From an uncultured Acidobacteriota bacterium (GTDB lineage: Bacteria > Acidobacteriota > Terriglobia > UBA7540), in the NCBI GenBank assembly GCA_963804995.1, contig CAWDSK010000002.1, forward strand, positions 704,001 to 768,000: a stretch of 64,000 bases of DNA, read 5' to 3'. Below the pieces are notes generated by a model. The model did not search any database. It had not been told where the DNA came from and saw nothing but the letters and a program-made list of their open reading frames with translations. Of the stretch, positions 19,787 to 28,960 are shown one piece after another (positions within the stretch are counted from its first letter, which is position 1; each line of letters starts with the position of its first letter). A program made the translations under genes and the position numbers.

Positions 19787-19860
19787 CGACCCCTTCCGTG
19801 GTAAAAGATAACTGCTAACCACCTTTTTTCATCAACATAATGGGTTAGCGACACTAACTA

Positions 19861-21018
19861 GTGTCCTGAGTCAGAAGTTCGCTCAATAAATGGCAGTTCC
19901 CGTGCATTGGGTTTATAACCAGGAGGAATCCAATGCCACGAGGACGCCCTATACCGAAATTGAGTTTGAGCTTGGAAGAGCGCGAAACCTTGCAGCGCTG
20001 GGCACGGCGGCCGAAAACGGCGCAAGCGCTGGCGTTGCGCGCGCGCATTGTACTGGCCTGCGCGGAGGACCAAAGCAATACCGAAGTGAGCCTTGCCCTG
20101 CGGTTGTGTCAGCGAACCGTGGGCAAGTGGCGAGGCCGATTCGTCGCCCAGCGTCTGGAGGGGCTGCTGGACGAACCCCGCCCCGGAGCACCGCGCCAGA
20201 TCCACGACGCGCAGGTGGAACAGGTATTGACCATGACGCTGGAATCGATGCCGTCGAACGCGACCCACTGGAGCACCCGACTGATGGCCCGGCGTTGCGG
20301 GATGAGCCAGAGTGCGGTCAGCCGCATCTGGCGGGCCTTTGCCTTGCAACCCCATCGCAGCGAAACCTTCAAACTGTCGCGCGACCCGCTGTTTATCGAG
20401 AAGGTGCGGGATATCGTGGGACTCTATCTGAACCCGCCCGAACGGGCCTTGGTGCTCTGCGTGGATGAAAAGGCCCAGATCCAAGCCTTGGACCGAACCC
20501 AACCTTTGCTCCCCCTGCGACCCGGGCAGATCGAGCGGCGAACGCACGATTACGAGCGCCATGGCACCACCTCGCTGTTTGCCGCTCTGGAGATGGCCAG
20601 TGGCCAAGTCATCGGCGAGTGCCATCGTCGGCATCGCGCCATCGAGTTTCGCCAGTTTCTGGACACGGTCGATGCCGCCACGCCCGCCCAATTGGACGTG
20701 CACCTGATTCTGGATAACTATGGCACGCACAAGACGCCCTCGATTCGACGCTGGCTGGTGCGCCATCCTCGCTACCATTGGCACTTTACTCCCACCGGGT
20801 CGTCCTGGATCAACTTGGTCGAGCGCTGGTTCGCGACCCTGACCGAACGACAACTCCGGCGCGGAGTACACCGCAGCACCCAAGAACTGGAAGCGACCTT
20901 GCGGCACTACGTGGAAACTTATAACCAAGACCCTAAACCTTTCATTTGGACCAAAACGGCTGACCAAATTCTTGAAGCCGTGGCCCGATTTTGTAAGCGA
21001 ACTTCTGACTCAGGACAC
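19861..21018 (+). mobile_element. Complete IS630-family insertion sequence
   Basis: Perfect 23-bp terminal inverted repeats GTGTCCTGAGTCAGAAGTTCGCT; duplicated TA (CTAG target) on both sides. Confidence 0.97.
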
Positions 21019-21021
21019 TAG
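19933..21021 (+). CDS. IS630-family transposase
   Basis: [54 protein letters not shown]; the stop codon uses the duplicated TA. Confidence 0.97.
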   Translation: MPRGRPIPKLSLSLEERETLQRWARRPKTAQALALRARIVLACAEDQSNTEVSLALRLCQRTVGKWRGRFVAQRLEGLLDEPRPGAPRQIHDAQVEQVLTMTLESMPSNATHWSTRLMARRCGMSQSAVSRIWRAFALQPHRSETFKLSRDPLFIEKVRDIVGLYLNPPERALVLCVDEKAQIQALDRTQPLLPLRPGQIERRTHDYERHGTTSLFAALEMASGQVIGECHRRHRAIEFRQFLDTVDAATPAQLDVHLILDNYGTHKTPSIRRWLVRHPRYHWHFTPTGSSWINLVERWFATLTERQLRRGVHRSTQELEATLRHYVETYNQDPKPFIWTKTADQILEAVARFCKRTSDSGH

Positions 21022-21207
21022 CTTATTTTTCAGTAATATAATGGGTTCAATGGAGACTGAAATATTTTCTACATGTGTTTTCAACAACATAATGGGTTCA
21101 ACCTTCATTTTTAATTCCCCCTTTTCTGCTGCACCCACTCCGTCAGATTCAACTAAGTTATTTAATTTCAGACACATAGACGTTTGGACATTTCTGCCAT
21201 CCCACCC

Positions 21208-22312
21208 TTAAGTTCCTTTGTTTTCTAGTATATATTGGGTTAGAAGGTCCTCTTCGCTCGCTTCCACTGCTTCCCTTTTGCCCTCTTGGCGTTTGATTTT
21301 CAGCAGCAGATTGGTGAGTCGGCGCACTTCTCGCAGGTTGGCATCTTGCATGCGCCGCATCAGCAAGCCATCCGCGTGGCTGGGCGCGACTTCCGCCGCG
21401 CGTTCGTAGGGCGAGGGCCCCGCCCAGCGACTGCTTCAGCAGGGCCTTGCGTTGCGTCTCACAACCCTCCGCCTGCCGGCTCAGGATATTCCTCAGGAGC
21501 TTGCGCGCCCGCTCCCGTGCCTTCCAGTCGTCCTTCGTGATCTTGGGGTACCGATCATCCTTTTCCGTATCTTCTCCCTCTTCATCATCGGGAAGTCCAT
21601 CGATCTCTTCGGAGCCTTCGGGCCGGAGCACTATGCGCTCTCCGGAGGGGGTTAGCATAGAGACCGGCGAATCTATCGTCTCCAGTCCGAAGATTGACCG
21701 GAAGCTGTTGATGGCGCCGCGATACCTCTCCTCTTGGGAAACTCCCGCCTTGTCCGCGCCAGGGTCCCGCAGTTGGTAGAAGAGGTCCAGGGCAATCTCA
21801 CCCATTTCGGCCGCTACCCCGTCCTGCTGCAGTTTTTTCATGACTTCCAGGTCTTCGCAGGTGGTGACGTAATGCCAGCAGGCCACCGAGCGGGCCAGCG
21901 AGCGCAGCATTTCCACCGTCATCTTGAGGCGCATCATCCGCGCGTGCAGCCGGTTGGGACGTCCCTGGTCGGCGTTCTGGGCACGGCGTAGCGCGTCGCC
22001 CTCCTGGGAGCGATCGGCACGGTCCATCAGCCACAGGACCCGCGCCAGACGGATCACCAGTTTTTCCTGCAAGGCACCTTGGGGAGTGAATTCCTCGCGG
22101 AGTCCAGAGAGCAGTTCCTCAAAGTGTGCCGGGTCCTCCCCTAAACCGCACAAAGCCACCTCCTGCGCCCGGGCATAGAAGCCATGACGCAGGCGCGCGG
22201 CGCCAGCGCGCTCCTTCCCCTCCACGGTCGCCGGGCCTTGGGATTGATTCCCGTTGAGCCGATTGGCGGCCAGTTTCTTGTCCGACAGTTTATGTTTCTT
22301 AACTAGAGACAT
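21208..22312 (-). CDS. Hypothetical protein with N-terminal 'ANRxNxxxSxGPxTxEGK...HG' motif; frameshift near 21424
   Basis: KLAANRLNGNQSQGPATVEGKERAGAARLRHGFYA, GEDPAHFEELL, EEFTPQGALQEKLVIRLARVLW; removing one G gives ...SPYERAAEVAP...RRMQDANLREVRRLTNLLLK...QYILENKGT*. Confidence 0.75.
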
Positions 22313-22668
22313 GGAAAACCTCCAAGAGCAAAAACGCGTTCAGCCATCAGCCGTCAGCTTTCAGCTTACTGCCTAATGCCGATTCCGACTTGTCAGGACT
22401 CGCAAAGGGGTCTCGCTGCCTGCTGCTTTCTGCCTACTGCCTTCTGTTTCTCCCCAGGCCCCAAGCACCTAGCACCTGGCACTCAGCGCCGGGCACTTCA
22501 CATTAAGATTAACATTTATCGTAGGGGTAATTGCAATGAGAAGATTTACGCTTGGGCTACCGGTAGCCCAAATCGTACAGGAGGGGCGTCTAATTGTCCG
22601 AAATCGTCCCGGCGCTACCCCCGATGTCCGCAAGGCCTTTCGGACGGCTTGCCGCCGGACCAGGAAAC

Positions 22669-22744
22669 GTAGGGGCACCCCTCGTCGGTGCCCTAAGGGG
22701 GCCGACTCGGCCCCGGCCAGGGCAGGCACGAGACCTGCCCCTAC
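22669..22744. repeat. REP-like doublet GTAGGGGC...GCCCCTAC
   Basis: GTAGGGGCACCCCTCGTCGGTGCCCT ... AGGGCAGGCACGAGACCTGCCCCTAC. Confidence 0.75.
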
Positions 22745-22752
22745 CTCCTCCT

Positions 22753-23120
22753 AGCCCCAAAGGGGCGAGCTTCCATAGCCCAGGCCAACGGCCCATAAGC
22801 GCTAAGATAAGGTGCCAATGCGGCCAAATTTGCGGAATCGGCAACTCAAAAATGGCCAGAATCTCATCGTATCTTAGCGCTTATGGGCCAACGGCCTGGG
22901 TAACGGCCTGGGTGAGGCACCCAATTCCCTTTTAATTCCATTCCAGCCCTGAAGGGGCGAGCCAATTGCAGGGGGCCGTACCGGCAGGCGCATCCTTCTA
23001 TCACGCCCATTCAGGGCTCATGCGTCGAAATGGTTTATGCCGTTTACCCAGGCCGATGGCCCACCATTAAGACCGGCGGACCTTCGGCCTGGGCTGTGAT
23101 AGGTCGCCCCGTTGGGGCTC
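22753..23120. repeat. ~370-bp nested palindromic element (REPIN/MITE-like)
   Basis: AGCCCCAAAGGGGCGA/TCGCCCCGTTGGGGCT, AGCCCAGGCC/GGCCTGGGCT, GGCCTGGGTAA/TTACCCAGGCC, AGCCCTGAAGGGGCG/CGCCCATTCAGGGCT. Confidence 0.8.
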
Positions 23121-23288
23121 AGAGGTTGTATGACCCGGAGGTAGCCACGGCCAATTCATCTTAGGAATTGACCGTGGGTTCGCTTTGCACGCCGTCGATT
23201 TCGGCGGAGCCCGTGCCGCTCGATTCGACGGTGAGGTTTAGGCTTGCGTGTAACTACAAAAAGAGCTACATTCAGAAATGAGACGGAA

Positions 23289-23560
23289 ATGAAATACGAA
23301 TGGGACGAAGCGAAGAACCGGAAGAACGTCGCCAAGCATGGCCTCAGCTTCGAGGATGCCGAATCGGTATTTTCCGGACCTTGCGTCACATTCGAAGATG
23401 ACCGTTTCGACTACGGGGAAGAACGCCTTTGGGCTTACTGGCCGGGCGTCTGGTGGTCATAGCCCATTCACCGCGCGATGAGGGAACGCGCATCATCTCC
23501 ATGAGAAAGGGGCGCCGACGTGAACAAAAAATCTATCAAAAGCGACTTGGCACGGATTGA
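23289..23560 (+). pseudogene. brnT: BrnT-family toxin, frameshifted near 23427
   Basis: MKYEWDEAKNRKNVAKHGLSFEDA...DYGEER, then in another frame GLLAGRLVVIAH...RIISMRK. Confidence 0.85.
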
Positions 23561-23777
23561 CCGCATGCGGGATGCCGATATTGACTATTCGGACATTCCC
23601 CCGCTCGACAAAACGTTTCTCAAAAAGGCCACGACGCCTTGGCCCCCGGCGAAAAGGCAATTGACGATTCGTCTCGATGCGGACGTGCTCGATTGGCTCA
23701 AGGGCCAGGGCCGGGGCTACCAGACGCGCATAAACCGCATTCTGCGCATTGTGATGGAGAATCAGCCCCACGGCTAG
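23520..23777 (+). CDS. brnA: BrnA-family antitoxin
   Basis: DIDYSDIPPL...TIRLDADVLDWLK..GRGYQTRINRILR; overlaps brnT. Confidence 0.9.
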   Translation: MNKKSIKSDLARIDRMRDADIDYSDIPPLDKTFLKKATTPWPPAKRQLTIRLDADVLDWLKGQGRGYQTRINRILRIVMENQPHG

Positions 23778-23809
23778 GTCATCGGTAGAACCTTTCGAGG
23801 GCCCTTTGC

Positions 23810-23930
23810 GCCATTGCGCTGACCTACCGGAAATGGCCGTGAGGCTGTCCAAGGTTTTCGGAGGCAGCGCCGAAACCTGGCTTACGCAGCAGGCGCACTG
23901 CGACCTTGCCGAGATTCACGCCGAGCGTCC
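23810..23930 (+). pseudogene. HigA-family antitoxin C-terminal fragment
   Basis: PEMAVRLSKVFGGSAETWLTQQAHCDL; the N-terminal HTH is missing. Confidence 0.7.
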
Positions 23931-23934
23931 GGAA

Positions 23935-24837
23935 TCAAGGAGATTTCTTAGGAGGCATTCCCTTTGGAGGAGGGACATAGATCGTCCTGATAAACTGGCC
24001 CAATGGGTGTGCGAAGGTACGGCGGGGGCCGATCGGCGGGAAATGTAAACCTTGTATTCCCGCTTCGTCGCAAAGTCCAGAAAAGAGACTTACTATTTCA
24101 AATCGTGTGGCATCCATCCACTCCGCCACTTGCTGATCGTTAATGCAGTAGAAGCTTGAGCCGTCGGCTTCGGGGCCAAGATGGATTTGTCCATGGCGAA
24201 CCGCGAAATCGTATCGAGATCGGATGGCACGAAGCATGTCAACAATGGTATCGAGGGTAGTGCGCCATTCGGGATTTGAGATGAATTTCTTGCCCCGCGC
24301 TCGCTGAAGCACCGGGCCATCTCGCGACCGCAAGCAGCCGGTGTTAAACGCTGTAATAGTGTCCTCCATGGCTCGGTCAAAAGCCTCCATCGATCCCTCT
24401 TGATGGAATTGATCCTGGAAGGCGGGCCGATCAAAGCATTGAGCGTAGAATCGCAAGAGCTCGATATCCGTCTTGAGAGCAGCTTCGTCGCACCCCGATT
24501 CGACGGCTAATCTTGCTGCCTCCTCAGATAGCTGCTTCCAGCGACGGAGCAATTCGCTCGTGTAGTGCGTTTCGTCCCTGTCGACCAGCCTTTCACACTT
24601 CCCACAAAGCCATATGCCATTGTCAACTGACTTTCTGGCCTCCGAGGTCAGCGCGGCGTCAAAACGAGGGCCGCCCGGAGAGGCTGCAGCTATGTGCGCC
24701 GCCACGCCAACGTTGACGGATTTCCGGGAAATGTCTTGTGGGCCGCTTGTTGGGTTGCGGCAGTTGGGGTTCGAACATCGGTACCCCACGCGTTTGGCTA
24801 GGACGTCCCTTACTGGCTTCGGGAACTCGTCGCGCAT
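23935..24837 (-). CDS. HNH-endonuclease-like N-terminal domain plus an unknown C-terminal domain
   Basis: LAKRVGYRCSNPNC...AAHIAAASPGGPRFD...NGIWLCGKC..LVD...Y..ELLRRWK; AGGAGG RBS. Confidence 0.75.
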   Translation of the reverse strand: MRDEFPKPVRDVLAKRVGYRCSNPNCRNPTSGPQDISRKSVNVGVAAHIAAASPGGPRFDAALTSEARKSVDNGIWLCGKCERLVDRDETHYTSELLRRWKQLSEEAARLAVESGCDEAALKTDIELLRFYAQCFDRPAFQDQFHQEGSMEAFDRAMEDTITAFNTGCLRSRDGPVLQRARGKKFISNPEWRTTLDTIVDMLRAIRSRYDFAVRHGQIHLGPEADGSSFYCINDQQVAEWMDATRFEIVSLFSGLCDEAGIQGLHFPPIGPRRTFAHPLGQFIRTIYVPPPKGMPPKKSP

Positions 24838-24966
24838 AGGTATTATTTGGACTCCTCCTTTGAGCCATATCGAGTAGCGCCGACCTGTTTCTTGGTTTCG
24901 CGGCGCTTGGTGCGACTGAGAAAGGCTCCTCGCATGCAGTGTCGGGTTGCGGGGGCGTGAATTGAA

Positions 24967-25383
24967 TCAAGATTTGTGAACTTGCACGACTTCCATCGTG
25001 TCTAAATAAAAGATGGCGTAATCTGTGGCCAAACCTAAAACGATTGTTGTGCTCTTGAGTGGTTTGGTCACGAGTAGCTGCCTGTGCTTTCCGTCCACGG
25101 CGAGGATGACGCTTATGTTGTCCCCGGCGAGGTGTAGCTGCGTTTGTTTTCCAACGATCGTTGCCGGGAGAGTGGTTGGCTTCTGGGAATAAGCGAAGAT
25201 CACAAGCGCACTTTCGTCTTCGTTTCTGAGGCCAGCGCGTACAGTTCCGCTAGGGTCTCGGAGCGGGATATAATCTTTTAGGAACACCGCAACGGTGGTG
25301 GCAGGGGTCTGGCCCGGAAGGCGGTACGCCAGAAACTCCTCGTCCGGCGCAATTCCCAAGAAGGCGAATAGGTCAACTTCCAT
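24967..25383 (-). CDS. Hypothetical protein
   Basis: Co-oriented ORF between the HEPN-like and HNH genes; no recognisable motif. Confidence 0.5.
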   Translation of the reverse strand: MEVDLFAFLGIAPDEEFLAYRLPGQTPATTVAVFLKDYIPLRDPSGTVRAGLRNEDESALVIFAYSQKPTTLPATIVGKQTQLHLAGDNISVILAVDGKHRQLLVTKPLKSTTIVLGLATDYAIFYLDTMEVVQVHKS

Positions 25384-25466
25384 AGGTTTCACGATACAGA
25401 AGAACCTCACTTGTGGCAAGTTGCGTGATGGACCCATTCTGAAACGAAGGGCGGGCTTTACCCGCT

Positions 25467-26417
25467 CTAGCCGGTCTTTCTGGCTGCGTAAAGATCCTCG
25501 AGGATCTTCCTTGTGTTCAACAGTACTTCGTCAAACTTATCGTCGGGAAACTCTCGCCTGAACTTCTCCAGATCATGCACTGCCCAGTTGCCAGCCTTCC
25601 TGATTCTTTCTGCCCACTCAGGTCGGTCATCAGCAAGGATTCCCAATCTTTCGGCTTTCTCCACTAAATCGGTGATATAGGATTCGCCCTTCCCTCTTAC
25701 CCGTCGCTCGAGAACACCGCCGCGGTCGATAGTCTCCTTTAATGCCTCTTCCAAAATCGCCCTACACATCACGGCACACGCAACCCTGAAACCATAGAGG
25801 TAACAGTGATGCACTTCACGGAAGTATTCTCTGACAGGAGGCGGCGGGACTTTCCCCGCCTTAAAAGGGTCAAGCCGGCTGACGCGCGACACTATCTTCG
25901 CGATCTTTCCCACAACCTCGTGCGCGTACCGCGCATCTAGGTTGTCCACTTGGGGGTCATAACCCGCCGATTCGGATCCATGCGCCAATTCGGATCGATG
26001 TACCCTTATAAATTCCTCAATCTCTCCGCGTGATTGCTTTATCTTTTCGCACATCGCGAGGAAGGCCTCTATCCCCTGCGGCGAGTGCTTGTCGATATCG
26101 AATGGGGATTTCGGTTCAGGGATGTCGCCCATGGTCGTCCGCTGGGCGGAAAGCGCATCCCCTTCCATGGTCACGTTCCTGCGGACTTCCTGAAGAATGG
26201 CACGACCTTCCTTCTCAGCCTCCGATATCCCCGGGCCACTGAGGATTTTCCGCGCCAATTCAGCGGTTTCGTCGTCGGAATTCTCCAGCCACGTCGCTAC
26301 CGGCCCAAAAATCAAATAATCCTCGCCTTCGTACCAATCGCTAACGTCAAAGTGGTCCAGAACCTTTTTCAGGATTTCAGCCCGTCTGGACTTTGGGGGT
26401 TTATGGTGGTGGTTCAT
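25467..26417 (-). CDS. DUF4145 (HEPN-like) domain protein
   Basis: YFREVHHCYLYGFRVACAVMCRAILEEAL...IRKAGNWAVH (RxxxNxxxH); GAGG RBS. Confidence 0.75.
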   Translation of the reverse strand: MNHHHKPPKSRRAEILKKVLDHFDVSDWYEGEDYLIFGPVATWLENSDDETAELARKILSGPGISEAEKEGRAILQEVRRNVTMEGDALSAQRTTMGDIPEPKSPFDIDKHSPQGIEAFLAMCEKIKQSRGEIEEFIRVHRSELAHGSESAGYDPQVDNLDARYAHEVVGKIAKIVSRVSRLDPFKAGKVPPPPVREYFREVHHCYLYGFRVACAVMCRAILEEALKETIDRGGVLERRVRGKGESYITDLVEKAERLGILADDRPEWAERIRKAGNWAVHDLEKFRREFPDDKFDEVLLNTRKILEDLYAARKTG

Positions 26418-26436
26418 ATACAATTACCTCTTCGGG

Positions 26437-27024
26437 TCACTTTCTAGGGCCCGCTTCCGCCAAGCGAACTTCCTGAAGGTAGTCATCCGTGGGCTCAAAA
26501 TCGATTCCGCGTTCCTGGACCAGCATGGTGACGCGGTGGCTCGGCACACCGCCTGCCAGAAGTGCGAAAACCTGCACTTGATTCAGCGGCTTCTTGCCGC
26601 TCGCAGGCGCAGGCGGCTTGGCGGCGCGCAGGGCGTTAAGAAACGCCTCACTCGCGCCTGCGGCCTTGAGGGTTCGGATAAAATCTTCCGCCGGGGCGAA
26701 ATCAATCCCGCGCTGCTCGATCAGCTTGGCGCCCGACTCATCGCCCAACCCGTCCCGCACCAGGCCTTGCACCTGTTCCTGCGTAAAGGGCTTTGCCGGG
26801 TTAATGCCCGGAGTTGTAGCGCTGACCTTGAGGTCAGCATGCCGTAGCGGCGGCTTCATGCCGCCATGGCGAGGTAAACTCGCCGCTACATGAGCATGTG
26901 CCGACCCTTCGTTCCACTCAGGGCAGGCTCTCAAGGTCGGCGCTACAAGTTTCTGGTTCGCCCTCACGGGCAGCGTCAGAATCAGGGGTATGACGAGGAT
27001 GAGCAGGAATAATCGGGGCCGCAT
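26437..27024 (-). pseudogene. Truncated secreted protein with two short helical repeats and an in-frame REP insertion
   Basis: Signal peptide; repeats PFTQEQV...IEQRGIDFAPAEDFI and PLNQVQV...VQERGIDFEPTDDYL; ends abruptly in repeat 2. Confidence 0.55.
26815..26947. repeat. Nested REP-like palindromes inside a CDS
   Basis: Outer TGTAGCGCTGACCTTGAG...TCAAGGTCGGCGCTACA; inner GTAGCGGCG...CGCCGCTAC (same family as 50807..50881). Confidence 0.8.
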
Positions 27025-27099
27025 CGGCGCCTCCCGAAAGCGGGAATGGCGGCATTCTACCACTTAGCGCAGCGCTGCGTAGCCGCAACCCAGGCAGGA

Positions 27100-27240
27100 C
27101 TCACCGCAGAGGCGCGGAGGCACAGAGTCTTGAAATCCAAAGGCCTTTTCTCTGCGTCTCAGCGCCTCGGCGGTAAATATTATATTTGCTCGCAGCTTTT
27201 CCTCTGCTCGGTCTCCGTGACCTCTGTGGCCTCGGGGGTG
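27100..27240. repeat. CACAGAG/CTCTGTG-type degenerate inverted repeat
   Basis: CCGCAGAGGCGCGGAGGCACAGAG ... CTCTGCGTCTCAGCGCCTCGGCGG; a similar element at ~54793..54893. Confidence 0.6.
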
Positions 27241-27363
27241 AAATCCTTTTGGGTCGCAGCTCGGCCGTGCAGGTTTTTTCCCTACAGAAGAACCGCGGAC
27301 CCCGAAAACGGGGGACCGCGCTACGAAACGGGTCCGCGCTGCATTACCGGCTGGGAAACAGGA

Positions 27364-28635
27364 TCATTGCTTGCTTGCCGCGATTCGCGAGAACTCGAGC
27401 CGCAAGAACTTGTTCGAATCGGGCGGCCCCATGGTCACCTGAAAGAAGGGTTTGTCGGACAGGGTCATGAGCGTGGCACCAAAGGAGAACGATGCATCGC
27501 CCACCCCCAGAGATCTGCAGATCGGGTTATCCTTCGAGTCCTTTGAGCGGAGCGTTGCTTTGACCACTTGTTCGTCGATGGCTGAAGCGGGCATTCGCAG
27601 GTGTGTTGCCAGCGAGTTGAGCCTTACTTCGCTGTTGTCCCGGTTCTTCTCCTCCAGCGTCATCGCCCGGATCCGTTTCAAGTGCCAGGGCTTCAAATCA
27701 TCATTTGCGAGCGGGTGGTTGGTATGGTACACAACGCTTCCGTCAGGCGAGGGCCGGAACTCAACGACCTTATGGGCCGAGGCTTCAAAATCGTAGACGC
27801 GGTCGCCCACGCCAACTATGTAATTCTGTCCTGAGGCATGCTTAATGGTTTTGATAAAACTCAACACGTCTTCGCCCTTCGCTCGCGCCAGCACTCCGCG
27901 CACAACGCAAGCGACCGGGAGTCCGTCGGGCGAGGCGCTGAGTTGCAAAAGTGTATTGGTCGTGATCGCAATAGACCGGTTGTTCATGCCATTGGTGGCG
28001 ATCAGGCCGGCCACGGTGAAGACAAACTGTTCGGGGGTGGTGGGGCCGGGGGCGATGTGCAGGACAACCTGCGAGCCATCCCGGTAACTTTCCAGGTCCA
28101 TATTTTGCGCAATGTAAGCCGGATGCGATTCGCTCCGTATCACTCCCAGGCTGCTGCAATGATGCGAATCGGCCTTATCGAAATAAACCCAGATTTCATC
28201 GACCATCTGATAGGCCAGCATGGTCTGATAAGGCTGGCCGGAACCTTCCGCGATACCCTTGATTTCGTCCAGCAGTTCGGGGGTCCACCGCTTGATGGCG
28301 GGCAAGAAATTCGTTTCGGCAAAAAACTTCTGCACAAAGGCATCCGGATCCATCTTGGACTGTTCTTGCAGGTCCTTTTTCCAGAGGCCCACCATCCTGG
28401 CGATTTCCGGGCGCATCGCCCTGCCATGCTGCAGCCCTCGCTCGTAGGGCGACCCACTGAGCTGGAGAACCCTGGGCATTCGCTCTCCCTCAGGAGGCGG
28501 GGCGGCAGTGGAGGCGCCGGAATCCATGGCCTCGAAAGAGAGCAGTGCCAAGGCCACGACCACCAGCGCCCTCAGAACTGGATTTGCTGAACGGGACGGG
28601 GGTGAAGTGACATTCCAGTTACCGGACTTGTTCAT
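27364..28635 (-). CDS. Peptidase C45 family (Ntn-hydrolase) protein, probably secreted
   Basis: GSPYERGLQHG, EIKGIAEG, HCSS (nucleophilic Cys), AQNMD, GMN, HTNH. Confidence 0.85.
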   Translation of the reverse strand: MNKSGNWNVTSPPSRSANPVLRALVVVALALLSFEAMDSGASTAAPPPEGERMPRVLQLSGSPYERGLQHGRAMRPEIARMVGLWKKDLQEQSKMDPDAFVQKFFAETNFLPAIKRWTPELLDEIKGIAEGSGQPYQTMLAYQMVDEIWVYFDKADSHHCSSLGVIRSESHPAYIAQNMDLESYRDGSQVVLHIAPGPTTPEQFVFTVAGLIATNGMNNRSIAITTNTLLQLSASPDGLPVACVVRGVLARAKGEDVLSFIKTIKHASGQNYIVGVGDRVYDFEASAHKVVEFRPSPDGSVVYHTNHPLANDDLKPWHLKRIRAMTLEEKNRDNSEVRLNSLATHLRMPASAIDEQVVKATLRSKDSKDNPICRSLGVGDASFSFGATLMTLSDKPFFQVTMGPPDSNKFLRLEFSRIAASKQ

Positions 28636-28960
28636 GAAAGGTTCTCCTCAGAAATGCCGTAGGCCTGGCATCGGCGCAGTTTACAGGACACGACCAAGGG
28701 ACGCATACATAAAAAATAATGTACGCGCCACCCGTGATGGGATGGGTCCCGGTTGGATTCGTGCACTCGCAGCTTGCCTCCGCTAAGTTACTGAGGAGAT
28801 TGATCAGTCGGCAAACGCCTTTTGATTCCCTCGCTTACGCCGGACCAACGCGGCAATTGTGGGACATTTCACACCGATGCAACCTACTTGAGCCTTTACA
28901 CCTCTATAACGGTATGGGATAATTTGTGTATACGTCTCTAAGCGGGGCAAAAAAGGAACT

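Larger units (their letters stand above)
19815..21241 (-). repeat. Array of five degenerate ~33-bp AT-rich motifs, interrupted by IS630
   Basis: Minus-strand consensus AACCCAtTATrTtrnTGAAAAnAAA..nTTAG at ~21241-21208, 21185-21153, 21098-21068, 21047-21019 plus 19860-19854, and 19846-19815. Confidence 0.7.

Noticed and set aside
19858..20967. 369-aa minus-strand ORF spanning IS630
   Set aside because: Antisense to a clear transposase.
19100..21241. Repeats considered as a CRISPR array
   Set aside because: The units are degenerate, spacing is irregular or too long, linkers are related to each other, and there are no cas genes.
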